Below, piece by piece: positions 37,223 through 44,993 of a DNA stretch of 64,000 nucleotides. The position numbers were made by a program, and so were the translations under genes. The notes below the pieces were generated by a model, which worked only from the letters and a program-made list of their open reading frames with translations, made no database searches and was not told the origin of the DNA. The stretch lies in assembly GCA_041662125.1 (NCBI GenBank), contig JBAZTA010000002.1:204154-268153 (forward strand). Direction: 5' to 3'. The DNA comes from Candidatus Omnitrophota bacterium. Its GTDB lineage: Bacteria; Omnitrophota; Gorgyraeia; Gygaellales; Profunditerraquicolaceae. Within the stretch, counting starts at the first letter, position 1, and each line of letters begins with the position of its first letter.

Positions 37223-39010
37223 ATGGGAAACATGATCAGAAAAGTTCAATTATTCTTCGCGAATTTCTTTTGGCTGTTATTATCTGTCCGGAGAAGTTAT
37301 TGTTTTCGCGCTTCAACGTTTGATGTCGAGAAGGCGCAGAAAAAAGTCTTATTGCGCATCATAAAGCGAAATAGGGGGAGCGTCTTTGGAAAAGAGCATG
37401 GATTTGCCTCTCTAGGAGGGATCGCTGATTACCAGGCAAGGGTCGGGGTTCGCACGTATGACTTATATAAAGGATATATCGATTGTATTGCTGAAGGCAG
37501 GCAGGAAATATTAACATCGGACCCGGTATTGCTGTTGGAGCCTTCCAGCGGTTCAACCGCAGGCCCCAAATACATCCCCTATAACCTGAGGCTGTATGAA
37601 GAGTTTAAAAACGGGTTGTCTCCATGGATCTTCGACCTGTTGAGCAAAAGAAAACGGCTCCTTTTAGGCAGTGCTTACTGGTCTATTTCCCCGATAACGA
37701 AAGCAGATAATAAGGGCTCCACGATTCCCGTCGGTTTCGGGGACGACGCCGCTTATTTCGGAAAGCTCCCGGGGCGCCTGTTAAATACTATTCTTTCTGT
37801 GCCATTCTTGGTAAGTCGGATTGAAGATGGAGAGTCCTATAAATATGTTACCCTGTATTTTCTTTTGCGGGATAGAAATCTCGCTTTTATTTCCGTTTGG
37901 AACCCTTCGTTCTTAATGCTTTTGTTGGAACCTCTTGAAAAATGGTCTCTTCAGCTGATAAAAGACATAGAACGCGGGACGGTAACGCTTCCCGAAAATA
38001 GTAATGCAGGCCTCAAGGAGGCGCTTATTAAGAAATGTTATAGAGACAGGAAACGGGCAGAGGAACTCAGGCGGATCCTTGCCCATGATTATGCGCAAGA
38101 AACAGGCATTACCGGTACGAAAACCATGTGCGAAAGGATTTGGCCGAATTTAAGCTTGATCAGTTGTTGGGGCGATAGCCATGCTGCCCTGCACGTTAAT
38201 GAAATAAGGCGGTTGTTCCCCAATATAGAAATCCAACCCAAGGGGTTGCTTGCTACCGAAGGCATTGTTTCCTTTCCCCTGATAGGGGAAAGCGGGGCTG
38301 CGTTAAGTATTCGTTCGCATTTTTTTGAGTTCATAGAGCTTAAGGATAGATATGAGAATAGTACTGATGCGGTTTATACAAAATTAGCGCACCAACTGGA
38401 AAAAGGAAAGCTTTATTCTATCGTAATGACTACGGGAGGAGGTTTGTACCGGTATAGGCTGCAAGACATCATACAAGTTGTCGGATACAAAAATCAGTGC
38501 CCCTTAGCCAGATTCATAAGTAAAGAGTCTAACATTTCAGATGTAGCTGGAGAAAAACTTAATGAATTTCACGTCGCGGCGATCTTAAAGGAGGCCTTTA
38601 ATAAATATTCTCTTGAGCCGGTTTTTTTCTTGTTGGCACCTGAAAGGGTCGTAAAAAAACAGGCGTATTTTTATGCATTGTTCCTTGAGTTAAAGGAAAA
38701 TAATCCCGGGTATGATCATTGTCTTTTTTCATTAGCGCAGGACCTGGAAAAAAGATTGGAAGAGAATTATCACTACGCTCATTGCATAAATTTAGGGCAA
38801 CTTTTATCAGTGAAGCTCTTTGTAGTAAACTCTCAGATCCCGGCAGCGCATATATATGTTAATACCTGCCGAGAAAAAGGGCAAAAATTGGGCAATATTA
38901 AACCTTCCGTGCTCAGTTCCCGGATTGGCTGGTCTGAATATTTCGAAGGAAGGTTTATCGGAGAATCGGATGTGCAAGGTGTGTATACCTGTGTTGGCCA
39001 AGGCTTGTAG
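37223..39010 (+). CDS. GH3-family adenylating enzyme (acyl-acid amido synthetase-like)
   Basis: N-terminal AQKKVLLRIIKRNRGSVFGKEHGF and SSGSTAGPKYIP (SSGTTxGxPK-like adenylation motif) typical of GH3 family; 595 aa. Confidence 0.7.
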   Translation: MGNMIRKVQLFFANFFWLLLSVRRSYCFRASTFDVEKAQKKVLLRIIKRNRGSVFGKEHGFASLGGIADYQARVGVRTYDLYKGYIDCIAEGRQEILTSDPVLLLEPSSGSTAGPKYIPYNLRLYEEFKNGLSPWIFDLLSKRKRLLLGSAYWSISPITKADNKGSTIPVGFGDDAAYFGKLPGRLLNTILSVPFLVSRIEDGESYKYVTLYFLLRDRNLAFISVWNPSFLMLLLEPLEKWSLQLIKDIERGTVTLPENSNAGLKEALIKKCYRDRKRAEELRRILAHDYAQETGITGTKTMCERIWPNLSLISCWGDSHAALHVNEIRRLFPNIEIQPKGLLATEGIVSFPLIGESGAALSIRSHFFEFIELKDRYENSTDAVYTKLAHQLEKGKLYSIVMTTGGGLYRYRLQDIIQVVGYKNQCPLARFISKESNISDVAGEKLNEFHVAAILKEAFNKYSLEPVFFLLAPERVVKKQAYFYALFLELKENNPGYDHCLFSLAQDLEKRLEENYHYAHCINLGQLLSVKLFVVNSQIPAAHIYVNTCREKGQKLGNIKPSVLSSRIGWSEYFEGRFIGESDVQGVYTCVGQGL

Positions 39011-39899
39011 GCAATCATTCCTCGTGAAGCGTTTAGCCCTCGTTTTTATGTTTGTTGCCATGAATTCGAGCGGCCTTTATGCTGAGAGCTTAAAAGATCT
39101 GCATGAAAAGCCCATATCTAGTTTAGAGGAACTAAGAAAATACGCCGATTCATTGCCCTCGCAAGGAGAGCGTCATTATGCGCTTGGTTTGGGGTATTTA
39201 ACGTATCATCGCGAACAGGAGGCCTGGGGAGAATTCGAGAAGATTTTGAGATTAGACCCCGGGAATGGTAATGCCTTATGGGGTAAGGCGGAGATTTTAC
39301 GGAGAAATTCCGAATACAAAAAATCTCTGGAAATCCTGGATGAGGTGTTAAAGAAAAACCCGGAGCATGTCCCGTCGTTAATCACGAAATCTTATACAGA
39401 GCTTCTGTTAGGTGCCCTGCATCAATCGATCAAAACAGCCGCAGTTGTTGAAAGGTTGCAGGGCGCGGGGAAAGCAGTTGATAAACCGAATTTGGCGCGC
39501 GCCTACCTCATTATCGCTACGGCTCAAATTCAAATTGCCCGTAAGAGCTTTTTTTTGGGGAAATTGCAGGCGCTTTCGGTTAAATGGTATATTATGAAAG
39601 CTGTTGAAATAAATCCGGAAGCCGCGGAGGTCAGGTTCGCCTTAGGGAATTTTTACCTTTTTGCTCCCGGATTCTGGGGTGGCAATGTCGATGCGGCTAT
39701 CAGTGAGTTCAATAAAACATTACATAAAGATCCGCAATTTATGGATGCGTATGTGCGGTTAGTTCAGGCTTACCGTAAAAAAAATGATGTAACACGGTCT
39801 CAATTCTATTTAGAGAAGATCAAAGAATTAGATCCTCGTAATAAACTCGCCAAGGAATTAGGTCTCTCGTCTGTTTTTAATAATGATAGCTTACAATGA
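38970..39899 (+). CDS. TPR-repeat protein, probably secreted
   Basis: TPR units (ALGLGYLTYHREQEAWGEFEKILRLDP...); start uncertain (38970 or 39048), ORF extends to 38856 overlapping GH3 gene. Confidence 0.6.
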   Translation: MCKVCIPVLAKACRQSFLVKRLALVFMFVAMNSSGLYAESLKDLHEKPISSLEELRKYADSLPSQGERHYALGLGYLTYHREQEAWGEFEKILRLDPGNGNALWGKAEILRRNSEYKKSLEILDEVLKKNPEHVPSLITKSYTELLLGALHQSIKTAAVVERLQGAGKAVDKPNLARAYLIIATAQIQIARKSFFLGKLQALSVKWYIMKAVEINPEAAEVRFALGNFYLFAPGFWGGNVDAAISEFNKTLHKDPQFMDAYVRLVQAYRKKNDVTRSQFYLEKIKELDPRNKLAKELGLSSVFNNDSLQ

Positions 39900-39962
39900 G
39901 GGTATGAGTATTTTTTACACCCGGCGCAGGCTGGAATTGCGCCGGTGCGCGCTTTCTGCGGC

Positions 39963-40060
39963 AAGACCGGGACTTAGGAGGCAGGACTATGATGTGTCAA
40001 GTCCCGGTCTTGAAAGGGACTGGTAGTAAGATCCAAAACCAGGTCTTGCTGAAGAAAGCC
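39963..40060. repeat. ~100-bp composite repeat (copy 1) containing inverted AAGACCGGGACTT / AAGTCCCGGTCTT arms
   Basis: Near-identical to 40304-40400 (2 mismatches); arms are mutual reverse complements. Confidence 0.75.
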
Positions 40061-40303
40061 TACCTAATTTATATTCCTTTCGTTTTAAACTAAAAATTCC
40101 TAAATTATTTTTGTTAGATTTAGCATTCTGAAACGTCTATTGTTAGTGAGGGCATCTCTTGTAACTTTATTGTGAGTCCGCCTGCCTGCCGGCAGGCAGG
40201 AACTATCCCTGCGGATGTATGTAAAATTTCGTGTAAAGACCTGGTCTTTTCTGAAATGGGTAACGGCAATCCAAGACCAGGTCTTGTTGGCGATAGAAGT
40301 AAT

Positions 40304-40400
40304 AAGACCGGGACTTAGGAGGCAGGACTATGATATGTCAAGTCCCGGTCTTGAAAAGGACTGGTAGTAAGATCCAAAACCAGGTCTTGCTGAAGAAAGC
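40304..40400. repeat. ~100-bp composite repeat (copy 2); degenerate palindrome copies also at 40239-40251, 40273-40289
   Basis: Direct duplicate of 39963-40060; flanks GCCTGCCTGCCGGCAGGCAGG hairpin at 40180-40201. Confidence 0.75.
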
Positions 40401-40444
40401 CTTCCTGCCGTCGGCAGTCCGACCACCGCAAACCGAATTTAACT

Positions 40445-40774
40445 ATGTTTTCTTTTACTCGGCAGGAAAGGCAGGTGCTTTTATTTTTGAGTATTGTTGC
40501 CCTCGCAGGCATCGGCATCAGTTTTTGTGTCAAAATCAATACACCTCTTGAGAAGGCGGTTTCCGTGCATGAGGAGTTGACTAAGCTTGATCTTAATCTG
40601 GCAAGTGTTGAAGATTTAGTGTTAAACAAAGTTGCCACGATAAAATTAGCGCAAAGTATTATTGACTATCGTAATGAAAATGGTGATTTTTGCAGCCTTG
40701 AAGATTTAAAAAAAGTCAAAGGTATTGGCGATCATCGATATGAGAGGATGAAAGAGGGGGTGTATGTTAAGTAA
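40445..40774 (+). CDS. comEA: ComEA-like helix-hairpin-helix DNA-binding competence protein
   Basis: TM anchor then LNxASxEDLxxxxGIGxxxAxxIIxYRxxNGxFxSxEDLxKVKGIG HhH pattern. Confidence 0.8.
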   Translation: MFSFTRQERQVLLFLSIVALAGIGISFCVKINTPLEKAVSVHEELTKLDLNLASVEDLVLNKVATIKLAQSIIDYRNENGDFCSLEDLKKVKGIGDHRYERMKEGVYVK

Positions 40775-40844
40775 ACCTGCCGCAGAAAGCGGCACACCCG
40801 CGCAATACCGAATAGCGCGGGGTATAATGGTTAGCGATTAGCAT

Positions 40845-42266
40845 ATGAGGCATCCTTTAGTAATATTGACGATTACTTTTTGCGCGGGGATCCTTGTAGG
40901 CAGAGAAATACGCGCCCCTTTCCTGTGCCTCTATGGCTTGAGCGTTTTATTCCTTGTTTTGAGCATCCTGTTTTCAAAAAAACAAATGCTCTGCGATATC
41001 GGTTTGTCTATCCTGGTTTTTCTTTTAGGGATGGGGTTATATGTCAACCAGTCTATAGTTCCGCAGAATCATATCTCCCGTCTCTTTTTATATAATACTA
41101 ATCAGTTGTGTCTGCTTGAGGGGTATATTGAGGAAGATCCGCAGGTGACTCATACCGATACTTCTTTTGTCATGCGGGTTCATCTCATAGGTAACGCGCG
41201 CTTAAGGCAAAAATGCTGCGGGAAGGTATTGGTTCATAGTAAAGGGAAAAAAGAGCTGAAATACGGTGATGGCATATCTATACGTGGATACTTGGTTTCT
41301 CCCTATTTACCGAGTGGTCCCAACAGTTTTAATTATCGTAATTACCTGTTATCGCAGGGCATTTACTATCTTGTGCGTGTGAAAAACAATAGCGATATTA
41401 CCCTGTTAACGCGAAAAAAAAGTTTTTGGGTCAAAAGACTCTCTCTGGTATTAAAATCTAAAATAGAGAGAGTCTTCTATGAACAGGTTTCCTATGGCGC
41501 TGCTGGGATTCTTGATGCGATGGTCCTGGGAGAGAAACGTAATATCAGCGTTATGACTAAAAATTCGTTTGTGAAGTCGGGAACCGCGCATATTCTGGTT
41601 GTCAGCGGTTTCAATGTCGGTATCGTTGTTTATATCGTCCTTTTGAGCCTCAAATTGCTGCGGCTCGGCCGCACTATCTGTTTATGCGCTGCCATTCCTT
41701 TAGTCATAGTATATAGTTTTATGACCGGAGCCTCAACACCGGTAGTCCGCGCTGCCATTATGTCGATTGTTTTGATGGGCAGCGCTTTGTTAAAGCGTGA
41801 ACCGGATATTTATAATTCATTGGCGCTTGCCGCATTTTGTATTCTGGCTGTTAGCCCTAACCAGTTATTTGATATAGGGTTTGAGCTTTCATTCGTGAGT
41901 GTTCTTTCTATAGTCTTTCTCTACCCCCGCATGAAAGCTTTATTGCGTATCGATACTATAAAAATACGGTTTTTAAGGTACCTGCTCGATGCTTTTTTAG
42001 TTTCACTCGCTGCCTGGTTTGGGACGATGGGATTAATCGGATATTATTTTAAGATCTTTTCTCCGGTCACGGTTTTAGCCAATATTGTTATTGTTCCTTT
42101 GGCGTCTTTGATCACCCTGTGCGGTTTTAGCCTTTTGCTTGCTGTATATGTATTTCCTTGCCTTGCGCCATTTTTTGCCCGTAGTAATGAATTTGCCGTA
42201 GCGCTCTTGCTGCATAGTAATAACCTTTTCATTAAAATCCCCGGTGCGTTCTTCTATTTGCGCTAG
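40845..42266 (+). CDS. comEC: ComEC/Rec2-family DNA internalisation channel protein (lacks C-terminal metallo-beta-lactamase domain)
   Basis: N-terminal TM + OB-like (DUF4131) region, competence domain with multiple TM helices; 473 aa. Confidence 0.75.
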   Translation: MRHPLVILTITFCAGILVGREIRAPFLCLYGLSVLFLVLSILFSKKQMLCDIGLSILVFLLGMGLYVNQSIVPQNHISRLFLYNTNQLCLLEGYIEEDPQVTHTDTSFVMRVHLIGNARLRQKCCGKVLVHSKGKKELKYGDGISIRGYLVSPYLPSGPNSFNYRNYLLSQGIYYLVRVKNNSDITLLTRKKSFWVKRLSLVLKSKIERVFYEQVSYGAAGILDAMVLGEKRNISVMTKNSFVKSGTAHILVVSGFNVGIVVYIVLLSLKLLRLGRTICLCAAIPLVIVYSFMTGASTPVVRAAIMSIVLMGSALLKREPDIYNSLALAAFCILAVSPNQLFDIGFELSFVSVLSIVFLYPRMKALLRIDTIKIRFLRYLLDAFLVSLAAWFGTMGLIGYYFKIFSPVTVLANIVIVPLASLITLCGFSLLLAVYVFPCLAPFFARSNEFAVALLLHSNNLFIKIPGAFFYLR

Positions 42267-42287
42267 CTTGATTTAAGCAATATAATT

Positions 42288-42377
42288 TAAGACCCGGTCT
42301 TGGCTGTAATTTACCTTACACCCCGCGCAGAAGTGAATTGCGCGGGTGTGCGGCTTTCTGCCGCAAGACCGGGTCTT
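42288..42377. repeat. palindrome AAGACC(S)GGTCTT x2 flanking hairpin/CTTTCTGCCGC element
   Basis: 42288-42300 and 42365-42377; family-B element 42320-42363 between. Confidence 0.8.
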
Positions 42378-42433
42378 GGTCGCAAGTGAAACACTATTGA
42401 CAAAATAGCGCCCGTATGCTAAATTAATTTACT

Positions 42434-43399
42434 ATGAAAAGGGCAGTGATTATATTTTTTATGATCTTCGGTTTATCAATAAGCAACGCCTATCCTTATT
42501 GGGTGTGGAGCCCGAAGACCGGGAAATGGATCAATCCTAAGACCGCGGCAAAACCTTCTCCCAAAGAACAGTTTGACCTGGCCAAAAACCTGTATGAGTT
42601 GAAAAAGTATGAAGAAGCCAGGAGGGAATTTAAGAAGATCCTGCATGTTTATCCCAAATCTGTAGAAGCTTCAGAAGCGCAGTATTACCTGGCGTTGATC
42701 GAAGAAGCAAACAGCAGCCTCTATGAAGCGTTTTTGGCATATCAGAAAGTAATCGACAAATACCCTTTCTCGGAACGCATTAATGAGATCGTTGAACGCG
42801 AATATAAGCTTGGGGAAATGTTCATGTCAGGAGAAAAGCGTAAGGCCCTTGGCATGAACTTGCCCGTTGAAAACCCGGCAATAGAAATATTTAGTAAAGT
42901 CATTGAAAATTCAAGTTTTGGGCCGTTAGCCGCTAAAGCTCAATATAAGTTAGGGTTAGTGTATAAAGGGTTAGCGCGCCTGTATGAAGCCGAAGCTGCT
43001 TTTGAGAAGGTCGTTTCAAATTATCCGGGCAGTGAATGGGTGACAGCGGCAAAATATCAGATCGCCTCCTGCCGGGCCGCGGTGTCAAAAGGGCCGGATT
43101 ATGACCAGGGAGCAACCAAAGAAGCTATGGAGAAATTTGAGACCTTTACCAAGGAACATCCCGATGCTATCCTTTCTGAGGACGCCGAGAAAAATATCCA
43201 GCAATTGAAAGAAAAAGAGGCGGAAAGCAATTATAGTATCGCTAAATTTTACGAGCAACAAAAGGCGTTTGATTCCGCTAAAATTTATTATTCTGAGATT
43301 GTAGAAAAGAATCCAAAAAGCTCTTGGGCGCTTAAAGCGTTTGAGCGGTTGAGGATCTTAGAGGCGCGCAGGAATGACACAGGCAAAAAGATTAAATAA
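42434..43399 (+). CDS. TPR protein, BamD/YfiO-like outer-membrane assembly factor candidate
   Basis: Signal sequence; TPR-like helices; adjacent to LptE-like lipoprotein. Confidence 0.5.
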   Translation: MKRAVIIFFMIFGLSISNAYPYWVWSPKTGKWINPKTAAKPSPKEQFDLAKNLYELKKYEEARREFKKILHVYPKSVEASEAQYYLALIEEANSSLYEAFLAYQKVIDKYPFSERINEIVEREYKLGEMFMSGEKRKALGMNLPVENPAIEIFSKVIENSSFGPLAAKAQYKLGLVYKGLARLYEAEAAFEKVVSNYPGSEWVTAAKYQIASCRAAVSKGPDYDQGATKEAMEKFETFTKEHPDAILSEDAEKNIQQLKEKEAESNYSIAKFYEQQKAFDSAKIYYSEIVEKNPKSSWALKAFERLRILEARRNDTGKKIK

Positions 43400-43934
43400 T
43401 ATAGGGGCGGCGGTTTTGGTATGTGTTACGCTGGTAGTATTCGCCGGTTGCGGTTATTCGACACGCTCCGGGATCGCCAGTGCGTATAAGTCTATTTATA
43501 TCCCGCAGTTTGAGAACAAGATCGATATTACCCGGGAATCAGATGCGGCAAGCAGGTATAAGCTTTATAAGCCGCTCTTAGAGGCAGATATTACTAAAGC
43601 GCTTATTAACCGTTTTCTTTTTGACGGTAACCTGCGGCCGGTAAAGTCTGAGAATTCAGATCTAACTTTAAAAGGCGAGCTGGTTGAATTCAGGCGGGAG
43701 GCGTTACGCTATAGCTCCGGTGATATTGTTGAAGAGTACCGGTTGGTTTTGGTGGTCAATATAAGCCTTGTGAGCAGCGCAGAAAAGAAATTAGTGTGGG
43801 AAGAAAAGAATTTCGCGGGAGAGACTACCTATTTTGCCACCGGTGTTAACGCTAAATCAGAAGGGACTGCTCTTAATGACGCGGTCACTGATTTGTGCCG
43901 CCGGATCATTGAGCGTACCGTTGAGCAATGGTAA
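43374..43934 (+). CDS. lipoprotein, LptE-like (LPS-assembly lipoprotein) candidate
   Basis: Lipobox FAGCGY; ~180 aa; immediately upstream of holA-like gene as in the classical leuS-lptE-holA neighbourhood. Confidence 0.5.
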   Translation: MTQAKRLNNIGAAVLVCVTLVVFAGCGYSTRSGIASAYKSIYIPQFENKIDITRESDAASRYKLYKPLLEADITKALINRFLFDGNLRPVKSENSDLTLKGELVEFRREALRYSSGDIVEEYRLVLVVNISLVSSAEKKLVWEEKNFAGETTYFATGVNAKSEGTALNDAVTDLCRRIIERTVEQW

Positions 43935-44008
43935 TTGAAAGTTGAGGATCAAAACTTCCCTGGCTGTGTTTTTGATGCGGGAGTTTTGATTTTTTGGTTT
44001 AAAGGCTT

Positions 44009-44659
44009 ATGATATACGTATTAGTCGGTGAGGATACCCTCGCCAAAGACGTTAAAATGAATGCATTAAAGGCGGAATTCCTCCCCCGGCATTTAGAGGC
44101 GTTCTCCCTCGATACGCTTTACGGCAAAGAATTAATACTGGTGAACCTGCAGGAACGCCTGCTTTGCCTGCCGCTCAATGCAGGTAAACGGATGGTGGTA
44201 ATAAAAGACGCAGAAGAGCTCAAGAGTGATATAAAAGAGTTTCTTGTGTCGTATGCGAAAAATCCTCAGCCGGGGATCGTCCTGGTCATTGATATTGGCG
44301 CATACAAATCAAGCGCGGCATTCATTAAGAATATTTCTTCTCATGCGCAAGTTTGCCGTTTTAAAGAGCAGGAGGCCAGTGATACGTTCGCGCTCTGCAG
44401 GCAGCTTGACTCCCGAAGGGCAGCAGCGAGCCTGAAGATTTTACAGCAACTTTTGAGAAACGGGGAACGCCCGGAACGTATCCTGGGAGGTTTGCGTTCA
44501 AGCTGGGTGAGAAACAGCGCCAATTCCGCAGAGTTAAAGAAAAAGCTGAAACTTCTCCTTACGTGTGATATTGATATAAAAACAGGCAGGCTTAAACCGG
44601 CTTTTGCTTTGGAAAGGCTGATAATAAAGCTATGCGGCTCTCAAAATACTTTTAGTTAA
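44009..44659 (+). CDS. holA: DNA polymerase III delta subunit-like (short)
   Basis: N-terminal YxLxGED...L delta-subunit pattern; conserved synteny with lptE-like gene; only 216 aa. Confidence 0.5.
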   Translation: MIYVLVGEDTLAKDVKMNALKAEFLPRHLEAFSLDTLYGKELILVNLQERLLCLPLNAGKRMVVIKDAEELKSDIKEFLVSYAKNPQPGIVLVIDIGAYKSSAAFIKNISSHAQVCRFKEQEASDTFALCRQLDSRRAAASLKILQQLLRNGERPERILGGLRSSWVRNSANSAELKKKLKLLLTCDIDIKTGRLKPAFALERLIIKLCGSQNTFS

Positions 44660-44893
44660 CCTGGATTTTTTTCTATCGGCAGTTTTAGCGTGAATAATGT
44701 TCTTTTTTGCGGCTTTATCGAGTAAAGAATAAACTTTTCCCAGATTTTCTTTTGCTTCAGCGGTATTTTTTGATGCGACTAAACCTTGCAGTTTCTTTAT
44801 GGTTTTCTTTAGTTCTTTTTTGATCTTCACATTTCGCTGATGTCTTTTTTTGTCTACCCTGATCCTTTTCAAGCTTGCTTTACGTTTAGGCAT
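44630..44893 (-). CDS. rpsT: 30S ribosomal protein S20
   Basis: Basic 87-aa protein MPKRKASLKRIRVDKKRHQRN...IHAKTADRKKSRL typical of S20. Confidence 0.85.
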   Translation of the reverse strand: MPKRKASLKRIRVDKKRHQRNVKIKKELKKTIKKLQGLVASKNTAEAKENLGKVYSLLDKAAKKNIIHAKTADRKKSRLTKSILRAA

Positions 44894-44993
44894 TATTGTC
44901 TCCTTAATTTGTGCCTGCCAGAGATAAATTTGGCAGCGATTAATAAACTTAATTGATAAATTGTGACATCTTTTATAGCATAATTAGCTGAAT

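Noticed and set aside
36261-37233. ORFs 36261..36515 (+), 36403..36750 (-), 36743..37165 (-), 36889..37233 (-) within the SPASM radical SAM gene
   Set aside because: The + strand frame 36110..37201 carries the CX3CX2C and SPASM Cys motifs. The overlapping frames have no motifs or SD.
40330-40551. 73-aa ORF and its 34-aa twin at 39990-40094
   Set aside because: Both are created by the duplicated 100-bp repeat built from palindrome arms. The ORF track 40330 frame also runs into comEA in another frame. Treated as a repeat artefact (kept as a low-interest finding only).
12951-42377. Possible CRISPR array interpretation of the recurring 13-bp repeats
   Set aside because: Repeats are perfect palindromes of only 13 bp, irregularly spaced, scattered over 30 kb between unrelated genes, with no cas genes and no leader. 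REP/MITE-like is the better explanation.
44244-44523. Small ORFs inside holA-like gene
   Set aside because: Nested out-of-frame or antisense ORFs without signals.
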